Shown: positions 26,395 through 34,917 of the stretch, piece after piece
How positions within the stretch are numbered: position 1 is the stretch's first letter
How the letters are laid out: each line of letters starts with the position of its first letter
Assembly (NCBI GenBank): GCA_937927835.1
Contig: CALGJS010000150.1
Location: 1-41,437 of the forward strand
Source of the DNA: an uncultured Saprospiraceae bacterium
Lineage (GTDB): Bacteria > Bacteroidota > Bacteroidia > Chitinophagales > Saprospiraceae
Direction: 5' to 3'
DNA length: 41,437 bases
The notes under the pieces: model-generated
Databases searched by the model: none
What the model was told of the DNA's origin: nothing
What the model saw: the letters and a program-made list of their open reading frames with translations, nothing else
Translations under genes and position numbers: made by a program

Positions 26395-27189
26395 ATGTCT
26401 TCGATTCTTTACCAAAATAAAAAAGTCACCTATCAAGTTTCTGGTTCTGGACAACCTGTAGTTTTGCTACATGGTTACTGTGAAGACAAACAGATGTGGG
26501 ATCATTTTATTCCACTCTTACCTTCTGCTAAATACATCACGATTGATTTACCTGGATTCGGAAATTCAGAAGTAGTTCCAGATATTTCTATTCTAGGAAT
26601 GGCGGAAGTAGTGATGATTGTTTTGAAAGAACTTAAGATAGATAAAACGATCTTGATTGGTCATAGCATGGGTGGTTATATTAGTTTAGCTTTCGCCGAA
26701 AAATATCCAATTTTTTTAATCGGTTTAGGATTGTTTCATACGCACCCTTATGCAGATTCAGTGTTACAAAAATCTTCTCGAAATAAGAGTATTGATTTTT
26801 TACAACGTAATGGAGTAGCTCATTATGCAAAACAATTAATACCCAAATTATTTCCTGCTGGATTTACTAGGTTTAATAATTTTTTGGTGAATAATCTAAT
26901 TTATCGAGCTAGTAGATTTCCAGTAGAAGGATTAGTTTATGCACTTCAAGCGATGCGAGATAGACCAGATCGAAGCAGTGTATTAACTAAAATAAGTTGT
27001 CCTGTACATTTTTTAATTGGTAAAAAAGATACAACGGTTGATGAAAAAAGAGCGTTAGAACAAACAACGCTTGCAGATCATTCACTGCTGCATATTTTAA
27101 CCGACGTAGGTCATATGGGAATGTTCGAACGTCCGAAAGAAACAGCTGAGATGGTAGGAGAATTTATCAAACACTGTCAAGAAGTATAG
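26395..27189 (+). CDS. Alpha/beta-fold hydrolase
   Basis: 264 aa with an oxyanion HG (VVLLHGY), a nucleophile elbow GHSMGG and a C-terminal GH. It starts 24 nt after the glycosyltransferase gene, so it is likely co-transcribed. Confidence 0.8.
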   Translation: MSSILYQNKKVTYQVSGSGQPVVLLHGYCEDKQMWDHFIPLLPSAKYITIDLPGFGNSEVVPDISILGMAEVVMIVLKELKIDKTILIGHSMGGYISLAFAEKYPIFLIGLGLFHTHPYADSVLQKSSRNKSIDFLQRNGVAHYAKQLIPKLFPAGFTRFNNFLVNNLIYRASRFPVEGLVYALQAMRDRPDRSSVLTKISCPVHFLIGKKDTTVDEKRALEQTTLADHSLLHILTDVGHMGMFERPKETAEMVGEFIKHCQEV

Positions 27190-27263
27190 GTATATAATAA
27201 GTATTGTCCGACAGTATTCATTCAAAACTTGATCTTTTTGTCAAGCTATTTTATCTTTAACTT

Positions 27264-28064
27264 ATGAATCCATTTTTAGTGGCGCTAGCAGTAGCCCCAG
27301 CTTTAATTATCTGCTTTGTTATTTATCGGATCGACCGTTATGATAAAGAATCTCACTGGCAATTAATTATTTGCTTTGTGTTAGGGATGCTGATCACTTT
27401 CCCAGCGATGCAGATTGAAGCCTTTGGCGAATCCTTTGGATTGAATCAGCCTGGTCATCTTGGAAAATTAATATTACTTTCTTTTGTGGTGGTAGGCCTT
27501 ACTGAGGAATTGACAAAATTCGTAGTACTGATGGGTTATGCTTATCCGCGTCGCGCCTTTAATGAACCGTTAGATGGGATTGTTTATTCGGTGATGATTT
27601 CAATGGGTTTTGCTACTTTAGAAAATATAATCTATGCAGATAGATTTGGTTTAGAAACTACGGTTCTTCGAGCATTTACTGCTGTTCCTGCTCATGCGGT
27701 CTTTGGTGTTTTTATGGGTTATTATGTTGGATTAGCAAAATTTTCTAAAGGAAATAAAATAGCATTAATCGCTACTGGTCTTGTTTTAGCTGCGGTAATA
27801 CATGGTCTCTACGACTTTTTTATTTTACAAGAATACTATGACTGGTTAATGGTTTTTGCAACGCTGACTTTATGTATAAGTCTTTATTTTGCCATTCGAC
27901 TCGTTCGTCTGCACCAAGCGAATTCTCCCTTTCGAAATCAACCAGATGCTGATTATCCTACCATAGCAAAAGCGCCTCCTGAAATAGAAGAAGCTGAAAT
28001 TATTGAAACCAACGAAATTACTGATGAAGTTATTAAGGAAATGAAAAAAGATAAAAATTTGTAA
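27264..28064 (+). CDS. PrsW-family intramembrane protease
   Basis: 266 aa, multi-TM, with EELTKF and FATLENIIY motifs and HAVFG...HGLYDF histidines typical of PrsW/CPBP-like proteases. Confidence 0.78.
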   Translation: MNPFLVALAVAPALIICFVIYRIDRYDKESHWQLIICFVLGMLITFPAMQIEAFGESFGLNQPGHLGKLILLSFVVVGLTEELTKFVVLMGYAYPRRAFNEPLDGIVYSVMISMGFATLENIIYADRFGLETTVLRAFTAVPAHAVFGVFMGYYVGLAKFSKGNKIALIATGLVLAAVIHGLYDFFILQEYYDWLMVFATLTLCISLYFAIRLVRLHQANSPFRNQPDADYPTIAKAPPEIEEAEIIETNEITDEVIKEMKKDKNL

Positions 28065-28067
28065 GTA

Positions 28068-28140
28068 ATGCGAATCAGGGGTTGGAAATAAATGAAGTTG
28101 TTTTAAAATGATAATTTGAAATTTAACTCCTGATTCGCAT
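28068..28140. repeat. 12-bp inverted repeat with a 49-nt AT-rich spacer between convergent genes
   Basis: ATGCGAATCAGG (28068-28079) and CCTGATTCGCAT (28129-28140) are exact reverse complements. Confidence 0.5.
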
Positions 28141-28145
28141 AGGTA

Positions 28146-28487
28146 TTATTTTTTCAATTTTTTATTATTAGCATGACGGTCACGATCTCTTTTAGTTTTC
28201 TTCTTTAGACTTTTCACCAAAGCTTCTGATAAATCAACACCTGTTTGATTTGCTAAACAAATCAGGACAAATAATACATCCGCCATTTCTTCCGCCAAGT
28301 CTTGTGGAGCAGATGCTTCTGCTTCTTTTGTTTTAAAAGATTGCTCTCCGTAAATTCGAGCCATCAATCGAGCTACTTCACCGACTTCTTCGGTCAAGAT
28401 AGCCGTATTGGTCAACTCATTATAATAACGTATACCAACAGAGTTGATCCAATCATCTACTATTTTCTGTGCTTTTGAAATTTCCAT
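28146..28487 (-). CDS. MazG-like nucleotide pyrophosphohydrolase (small, single domain)
   Basis: 113 aa. LTEEVGEVARL...LAEEMADVLFVLICLAN carries the EExxE...E/D metal-binding helices of the MazG/all-alpha NTP-PPase fold. The ATG directly abuts the dtd stop (TAAATG). Confidence 0.8.
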   Translation of the reverse strand: MEISKAQKIVDDWINSVGIRYYNELTNTAILTEEVGEVARLMARIYGEQSFKTKEAEASAPQDLAEEMADVLFVLICLANQTGVDLSEALVKSLKKKTKRDRDRHANNKKLKK

Positions 28488-28940
28488 TTACTCCTTATTT
28501 TTTGAATCCATACAAATCGTTACCGGTCCGTCATTAATTAATGCGACTTTCATATCCGCACCGAAAGTTCCGGTTCCTACCTTTAACTGACTTATTTGTT
28601 GAAGTTCATAAACAAATTTTTCGTAGAGTGGAATAGCGAGCTCTGGGCGAGCGGCTCGAATGTAAGAAGGCCGATTACCTTTTTTGGTACTAGCAAATAA
28701 TGTAAATTGGCTGATCACCAACATTTCAAACGACTTATCCACAATAGATTTATTCATCACTCCTTTTTCATCAGGAAAGATCCGTAGGTTTGAAATCTTT
28801 TTTACTAGCCAAAGAATATCATCTTCCTGATCATCAGGTTCAATTCCTAATAAAATTAATAGACCAGCCTCAATTTTAGATTTAATTTTTTGATCAATGG
28901 TTACGGACGCTTCACTGACCCGTTGAATAACAACTCTCAC
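28488..28940 (-). CDS. dtd: D-aminoacyl-tRNA deacylase
   Basis: 150 aa: MRVVIQRV..., SQFTL, GTFGADM, NDGPVT. GTG start overlapping the SRAP stop (GTGA). Confidence 0.93.
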   Translation of the reverse strand: MRVVIQRVSEASVTIDQKIKSKIEAGLLILLGIEPDDQEDDILWLVKKISNLRIFPDEKGVMNKSIVDKSFEMLVISQFTLFASTKKGNRPSYIRAARPELAIPLYEKFVYELQQISQLKVGTGTFGADMKVALINDGPVTICMDSKNKE

Positions 28941-29596
28941 GAGATTAGATTTTTGTGTAACAATACATTATTATAATTCAACTCATTAATTTTTTTAGAA
29001 ACTCGATACATATATAATGTATCATTTGGAGGAGTCTGGAGCATATCGCAAGTTTGAGTTATATCCATTTCAGATAACCATTGCTTTTGAGATTCTGGTG
29101 TCAGTAATAATACGGGCATTCTAGAAAAGACTTCTTTCATTTCCTGATTGGCATCGGTCGTAATAATAGAAAAACTTTTTAGACCATATTTTCCATCGCT
29201 CCATTCATCCCAGATTCCAGCCATGACCATTAACTCTCCAGATTTTAATTTTATCCGATATGGAATTTTATTTATCCCATCCTGTCGCCATTCATAAAAA
29301 GAATCTGCGAGTACTAAACATCGTTTTTTTCTAATTGGAATTCTAAAAGAAGTTTGCCCACCAATATTTTCTTTTCGAGCATTGATTAGTCGTCCATTAT
29401 TTCGTCCCGTTTCTGACCAACTAGGAATTAAGCCCCAAGTTACGTATTGCAATCTGTTTTGATTATCATTGGTGATGATATAAGAATGCTGGGTAGGCCC
29501 AATATTATAACTCGTTCGTAATTGATTTTGTAAGGTTACGCCAAACTTATTTTCGATATCTTCCTGAGTAGTGACAAGAGAAAAACGGCTACACAT
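28937..29596 (-). CDS. SOS-response-associated peptidase (SRAP / YedK, abasic-site crosslinking protein)
   Basis: 219 aa starting MCSRFSL (catalytic Cys2), with NARKE, DSFYEW and ITTDAN segments typical of DUF159/SRAP. Confidence 0.88.
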   Translation of the reverse strand: MCSRFSLVTTQEDIENKFGVTLQNQLRTSYNIGPTQHSYIITNDNQNRLQYVTWGLIPSWSETGRNNGRLINARKENIGGQTSFRIPIRKKRCLVLADSFYEWRQDGINKIPYRIKLKSGELMVMAGIWDEWSDGKYGLKSFSIITTDANQEMKEVFSRMPVLLLTPESQKQWLSEMDITQTCDMLQTPPNDTLYMYRVSKKINELNYNNVLLHKNLIS

Positions 29597-30149
29597 AGGT
29601 CAAATATTGGATTATTGATGAAAAGTTCTAAACAAGGGTATTAAAACCATTATATAAGTCCAATTAAATCAGGACTTTATAAAAACCGAAGTTAACACTC
29701 TTTGTGGAATATTCGGTTAAAAACTACCATGGTTATCCACATTCGCTAACAATAATTTTATAAAATATATTAATTATTTCATGAGTGAACGTTTTTTGTG
29801 GAATTCAACACTAGTTACTGACATCCAAATCGTAGTTATTCTTTTAAGTTGATAAAAAACTTATTCTGTGGGAAAGCTACTAACACAATGTTCATAAAAT
29901 TGTAAATAACTGATTTAAAGGAAACTATGATGTTTGTCAAGTGTTAATAAAGCACCTTAAATTTTTAATAACTCAAGATCAAAGAAAAAACCTACTTTTT
30001 TATCTACAAGTTAACACCCCTGATGATGAGAGCATTTTTTAAAAAATTTATTATAATTATAATTAACAACAATCAGGGCAAGAAAAATCTTAGGAACTAA
30101 TTTTCGGATTATTTTTGCGAAAAGTTCAAAATTCAAAATTTCACTAAAA
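29597..30149. other. Non-coding region with a DnaA-box-like cluster (possible left half of a bipartite origin, also carrying the SRAP and ctaA promoters)
   Basis: Perfect TTATCCACA at 29733-29741 and TTATCTACA (1 mismatch) at 30000-30008. Degenerate TGTGGAA-type boxes lie at 29703-29711, 29797-29805 and 29867-29875. TTTGTGGAAT repeats at 29701-29710 and 29795-29804. AAGTTAACAC repeats at 29689-29698 and 30008-30017. An AT-rich tract lies around 30036-30070. Confidence 0.45.
30110..30117 (+). promoter_or_regulatory. Candidate -7 promoter box for ctaA
   Basis: TATTTTTG (TAnnTTTG) ends 32 nt upstream of the ATG at 30150. Confidence 0.35.
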
Positions 30150-31259
30150 ATGGAAAATGTGGTAAAGGTTGAAAGACAAAGTTCGGAACGAGTTCATCGA
30201 GTGGTGCGGTGGTGGTTGATGATTGGATTGGTGATGGTTTTTTTTCAGGTCTTCATCGGAGGTGTTACACGTTTGACTGATTCTGGATTGTCGATTACAG
30301 AGTGGGCGGTGATTCAAGGAACGTTGCCACCGATGAATGCGGAGGAGTGGAGTGTAGCGTTTGAAAAATATAAGATTAGTGCAAAACGTCAATATGAATC
30401 CCTGCATGGAGATATGACCATGTCTGAATTCAAGGTTATTTTCTTCTGGGAATATTTTCATCGATTGTGGGCTCGGCTAATGGGGTTTGTGTTTATCATT
30501 CCATTTTTCTTTTTTTTATTTAAAAAGTGGATGCCTCGGTGGTTGCTTAGGCGGCTGGGAGTAGTGATTTTATTGGCATCAGCTGCGGCGACTTTTGGTT
30601 GGATTATGGTCGCCAGTGGATTGAATGAGGATAACCGAACTTGGGTAAGTGCTTATAAGTTGATGACGCATCTAGGAATTGCTACTTTATTATTCGGATA
30701 TTTGTTCTGGACTTGGTTGAGAACGCATCAAACGGATGATTTTGTTGAAAACAATCCTGGTTTAAAACGTTTTGCTTGGATGACTACGGGAGTATTAGGT
30801 ATTCAAATTTTGCTTGGAGGGTTGATGGCCGGTATGCGAGCAGGATTGATTCATCCTTATTTTCCCTTTTTCGTGGAAGGAGAGCGGTTTTTAGGTGCTT
30901 TGTCTAGTAGTGGGGTCGGATTGGATAATCTGATCAATTACGAGCAAGCAGTCGCACCAAAAGCCTGGGTACAGGTTTTTCACCGTAGCACAGCATATTT
31001 GCTCACTGGTTTAATCATTTTATTGGTGATTAGAGTTGGAAAAAGTGCAATTATTTCTGAAAAACTAAGAAAAGCTAAAGTATTGTTGATAACCTTGTTA
31101 GTAACACAGTTTTCTTTAGGTATTTTGACGGTAATTAACTGTTTTGGAAAGGTGCCTGTAGTATATGCCTCTTTACATCAGGTTGTTGCCCTTTTATTAC
31201 TAATAAATATGCTATATATATGCTATCAATTTAGTAGTTCACGAACAGTTGTAAAATAA
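30150..31259 (+). CDS. ctaA: Heme A synthase, COX15/CtaA family
   Basis: 369 aa, about 8 TM segments. GGVTRLTDSGLSITEW...PPMNAEEW...MSEFKVIFFWEYFHRLWAR and the second-half histidines (FHRSTAY, LHQVVAL) fit COX15/CtaA. Confidence 0.85.
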   Translation: MENVVKVERQSSERVHRVVRWWLMIGLVMVFFQVFIGGVTRLTDSGLSITEWAVIQGTLPPMNAEEWSVAFEKYKISAKRQYESLHGDMTMSEFKVIFFWEYFHRLWARLMGFVFIIPFFFFLFKKWMPRWLLRRLGVVILLASAAATFGWIMVASGLNEDNRTWVSAYKLMTHLGIATLLFGYLFWTWLRTHQTDDFVENNPGLKRFAWMTTGVLGIQILLGGLMAGMRAGLIHPYFPFFVEGERFLGALSSSGVGLDNLINYEQAVAPKAWVQVFHRSTAYLLTGLIILLVIRVGKSAIISEKLRKAKVLLITLLVTQFSLGILTVINCFGKVPVVYASLHQVVALLLLINMLYICYQFSSSRTVVK

Positions 31260-31696
31260 ATGTGGATAAGTTGTGAATAACTGTTTATTTTCTTTTAAAT
31301 CCTTGTTTTTATGTATTTTATATATTGCATATATATTATAAATGTTTGATTATCAATAGTTTAGGTTATATTTACCGTTCCCTCAAGAAACCGCACGTAT
31401 TTTTTGATAAATGTGGAAAACTCTGTGGAAAAGTTATAAAACAAGAGAAATCTCTTTGTTTTCTAATAGTTTTTTATCAAAATGTGGATAAACTCTAAAT
31501 AATTGTGAATTACCTTCAATTTTTGGCTTAAAATGTATGATTAAAATTATAAAATCAGCTTTAGAATTCACAATTGTGGATAAGTCGTTGAAAAGTTAGT
31601 AAATCAAAGAATATTAAAACATATTATCGAAATAGTCGTATCCTACTGGCATAAATATTTTATATTTAGTGCTAGATCAAACATCTATCAATTTCA
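31260..31696. other. Candidate chromosomal replication origin (oriC): DnaA-box array plus AT-rich unwinding tract
   Basis: Perfect TGTGGATAA (reverse complement of TTATCCACA) at 31261-31269, 31483-31491 and 31575-31583. One-mismatch boxes at 31272-31280, 31412-31420 and 31424-31432, all in the same orientation. Weaker boxes at 31350-31358 and 31504-31512. The tract 31281-31380 is about 81% A+T by hand count. Confidence 0.7.
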
Positions 31697-32473
31697 ATGG
31701 ATTTAACAATTAAAGAAGAAGGAGAATTTAGGTATATAGAATCAAACCCTAATGGTGAAGTATTATTACTACTACATGGGTTATTTGGAGCATTAAGTAA
31801 TTTCTCTTCCATCATTGACTATTTTTCAAAATCGTTTAATGTCGTTGTTCCTATTCTTCCCATTTTGGATTCTCCGATCCATAGAGTTTCTTTATCCGTA
31901 CTAGTTGATCACGTTTCGGACTTTTTGGAATATAAGAAAATGGAACAAGTAAATATCTTGGGAAACTCCTTGGGTGGCCATATTGCGTTGCTTTATAGTA
32001 TTGCAAAACCTGAAAAAATAAATTCTATCATTTTAACTGGTAGTTCTGGTTTATTTGAAAACTCGCTTGGCTCGACTTTTCCTAAAAGAGGTGATTACGA
32101 ATTCATCAAAAATAAGACTCGCGATATTTTTTACGATCCAGAGATTGCTAGTAAGGAATTAGTAGATGAGGTTTATGATATTGTCAATGATCGTAACAAA
32201 GCCATTAGAGTAATAGCTACGGCTAAATCTGCGGTTCGCCATAATTTAAGTGATAAACTACATTTAATAGCTGCACCAACTTTATTAGTTTGGGGAGAGG
32301 AAGATACCGTGACACCACCTTTTGTTGCAGAGAAATTTAATGAGCATATAGAAAACTCTCAGTTATTCTTTGTTGAGAAGTGTGGCCATGCTCCAATGAT
32401 GGAAAAGCCGGATGAATTTAATAAACTTCTGGCTACATTTTTAAATGAACTTGCAACGCATAAAGTAGCCTAA
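31697..32473 (+). CDS. Alpha/beta-fold hydrolase
   Basis: 258 aa with LLLLHGLFG, a nucleophile elbow GNSLGG and a C-terminal CGH. Confidence 0.8.
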   Translation: MDLTIKEEGEFRYIESNPNGEVLLLLHGLFGALSNFSSIIDYFSKSFNVVVPILPILDSPIHRVSLSVLVDHVSDFLEYKKMEQVNILGNSLGGHIALLYSIAKPEKINSIILTGSSGLFENSLGSTFPKRGDYEFIKNKTRDIFYDPEIASKELVDEVYDIVNDRNKAIRVIATAKSAVRHNLSDKLHLIAAPTLLVWGEEDTVTPPFVAEKFNEHIENSQLFFVEKCGHAPMMEKPDEFNKLLATFLNELATHKVA

Positions 32474-32503
32474 TATCAATCGTTACAGAATATTTAGGTA
32501 ATT

Positions 32504-32539
32504 AAAAAGCCCATGTCACACGTGTGACATGGGCTTTTT
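32504..32539. terminator. Bidirectional intrinsic terminator between the convergent hydrolase and thrC genes
   Basis: AAAAA-GCCCATGTCACAC/GTGTGACATGGGC-TTTTT: a perfect palindrome (32509-32534) flanked by A5 and T5. Confidence 0.88.
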
Positions 32540-32556
32540 AATTTGATTTTTTAAGA

Positions 32557-33879
32557 CTAAAATCTAAAATCTTGAATCCAATCTTTAAAGTCACCATAAG
32601 AAGTTGATATTTTAATAGAAGACTTGGGCTCATCAGCTAGCTTAGCAAGTCTAATTGGAACTTCTATTTTTTTGTTCAGGATATCTTCTACATCCTCAAT
32701 AAATTTAGAAGGGTGCGCTGTTTCAAGAATTACACCTGCAGTCTCTGGGTATATTTTTTGATATTCTTTTAGTGCTAAGTATCCAACAGCGCCGTGCGGA
32801 TCTATGACATACTGAAAATTATCATCAATATCTTTAACGGCCATTCTAGTTTGAGCATCATCAAAGGAGTAGCCTTTGATATCTTTTCCCATCATGTCAC
32901 ACGTGTTACATTGGTCCTTTTTATACAAATCTTTTAGGCGAGCGAAGTTACTAGGGTTTCCTACGTCCATAGCGTTTGAGATAGTTCTTACGCTTACTTT
33001 AGGCTCATACTGGCCTGTTTTAAGGTACTTAGGGACAATATCGTTGCTATTCGTTGCAGCAATCATGTGTTCAATAGGAAGTCCCATTTTCTTAGCAAGG
33101 ATACCAGCTGTTAGATTTCCAAAGTTTCCAGAAGGAACAGAAAAAACTACAGGCAGCGTATTACCAGCTATTTGGAGTTGTTTAAAGGCTTCAAAGTAAT
33201 ATAGGGATTGTGGAATAAGACGTGCGATATTAATGCTGTTAGCAGAGCTTAAACGAAGTTGCTGATTAAGTTCTTTGTCGAGGAAAGCTTGTTTGACTAT
33301 AGCTTGACAATCATCAAAGGTTCCATCAACTTCAAGTGCGGTAATATTATGGCCAAGGGTAGTAAGTTGTTTTTCTTGGAGTGGACTAACTTTTCCACTT
33401 GGATATAAAATAACCACCTCAATCCCCGGTGTCTGATAAAAACCAGAAGCTACGGCTCCGCCAGTATCGCCTGAAGTAGCAACTAAGATGATTAGCTGCT
33501 CTTTCTCTGCTTGATTGAAGTATCCCATCAAACGAGCCATAAAACGGGCTCCAAAGTCCTTAAAAGCAAGAGAAGGGCCATGAAATAGCTCTAATACACT
33601 TGTTTTGTCGTCTAATTTAAGCAAAGGAACCGAAAAGTTGAAAGCTTCCGCTACTAGTTCATTAAGAGTCTGAGAAGGGATATCATCTCCAATTAAGTGG
33701 GTCACGACTGCTTGTGCAATTTCTACAAAGCTCATGGTAGGAAGCTCTGTAAAGAAGTGATCGGGTAGTGGAAGAATATTCTCGGGCATAAAAAGGCCGT
33801 TATCATCGGGTAGACCTTTCATAACGGCTTCTTTAAGGCTCACAAGATTTTTTTTGTTTTTGGTACTGTAAAGCTGCAT
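32557..33879 (-). CDS. thrC: Threonine synthase
   Basis: 440 aa with a PLP-lysine region (HGPSLAFKDFGARF), ATSGDTGGA and SVPSGNFGN. It is the last gene of a thrA-thrB-thrC row. Confidence 0.95.
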   Translation of the reverse strand: MQLYSTKNKKNLVSLKEAVMKGLPDDNGLFMPENILPLPDHFFTELPTMSFVEIAQAVVTHLIGDDIPSQTLNELVAEAFNFSVPLLKLDDKTSVLELFHGPSLAFKDFGARFMARLMGYFNQAEKEQLIILVATSGDTGGAVASGFYQTPGIEVVILYPSGKVSPLQEKQLTTLGHNITALEVDGTFDDCQAIVKQAFLDKELNQQLRLSSANSINIARLIPQSLYYFEAFKQLQIAGNTLPVVFSVPSGNFGNLTAGILAKKMGLPIEHMIAATNSNDIVPKYLKTGQYEPKVSVRTISNAMDVGNPSNFARLKDLYKKDQCNTCDMMGKDIKGYSFDDAQTRMAVKDIDDNFQYVIDPHGAVGYLALKEYQKIYPETAGVILETAHPSKFIEDVEDILNKKIEVPIRLAKLADEPKSSIKISTSYGDFKDWIQDFRF

Positions 33880-33949
33880 AATGTGTTATTTATAGAGTAG
33901 TACTTAAAGTAGAGGATGATTGTTGGTAATTTGTAACATTTGTGGAGAA

Positions 33950-34885
33950 CTATAATAATTCAGCTCCTTCCTGATTAATACCTGAAATAAATAATTGATT
34001 GTGAATTTTCTTTTCATTAAAGACTGCTTGCATAGCTTTACCAGCGTTTTCCGCAATTAAGCTATTTGCACAAAGCGCAAAAATAGAAGGTCCTGCTCCA
34101 GAGATGCTACAACCCAAAGCACCAGATTTAAGTGCTGCTTCTTTAACTTCATAAAAACCAGTAATGGAGTTAGCTCGTTGTGGTTCAATAATCACGTCTT
34201 GTAAAGAACGACTGATTAAGTCTAAATTTCCTGTGGAAAGACCTATAATTAACCCTCCAAGATTTCCACTTTGGGTAATAGTTTGTTTGAGTGTTACTTG
34301 ATCACTCAGAACTGAGCGGGCGTCTTTAGTTAGAATTTTTATATGTGGATAAACTACTGCTGCGTATAATCCTCTTGGAACAGGAACCCTGTGGACATCT
34401 AAGCTTGGATTATCTCTGATAAAGATCATTCCACCAAGTAGAGAAGGAGCAACATTATCTGCGTGATAGGCATTATCAGCAACTTGCTCGCCTAAAACAG
34501 CAAAAGGAAGTAACTCCCTTTTGGTTAAAGGACGTCGTAGTAATTCATTTACCGCCATTACTCCAGCAACCGAACTAGCTGCACTAGAGCCTAGACCACT
34601 GCCAAAAGGCATTTTTTTATGAATCTCCATTTCGATCCCACGGTTCGATTCTCCTAGATGATCGAGTAGACGTTGTGCTGCAAATCCCGCCGTATTTTTT
34701 TCTACTTCGTAGGGGAGTTTAAGTCCCTTTAATCCAGTAATTCTGGTAATTCGTAAATTTGGCGTATCTGAAAAACGGACAATAATTTCATCTCCAGGTT
34801 TTTCTAAAGCAAAACCTAGTATATCAAATCCGCAGGCGACATTGGCTACAGTAGCTGGTGCAAAAACTTTTATTCCACTTCTCAT
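33950..34885 (-). CDS. thrB: Homoserine kinase
   Basis: 311 aa with a GHMP-kinase motif (PFGSGLGSSAASSVAG), N-terminal FAPATVANVACGFDILG and C-terminal SGAGPS. Confidence 0.92.
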   Translation of the reverse strand: MRSGIKVFAPATVANVACGFDILGFALEKPGDEIIVRFSDTPNLRITRITGLKGLKLPYEVEKNTAGFAAQRLLDHLGESNRGIEMEIHKKMPFGSGLGSSAASSVAGVMAVNELLRRPLTKRELLPFAVLGEQVADNAYHADNVAPSLLGGMIFIRDNPSLDVHRVPVPRGLYAAVVYPHIKILTKDARSVLSDQVTLKQTITQSGNLGGLIIGLSTGNLDLISRSLQDVIIEPQRANSITGFYEVKEAALKSGALGCSISGAGPSIFALCANSLIAENAGKAMQAVFNEKKIHNQLFISGINQEGAELL

Positions 34886-34917
34886 TATTGAAATATTATT
34901 TTATATTAAGTTGATTA

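Noticed and set aside
30144-30461. 105-aa ORF antisense to the 5' end of ctaA.
   Set aside because: It overlaps a well-supported COX15/CtaA reading frame, its sequence has no recognisable features, and its start would sit inside ctaA.
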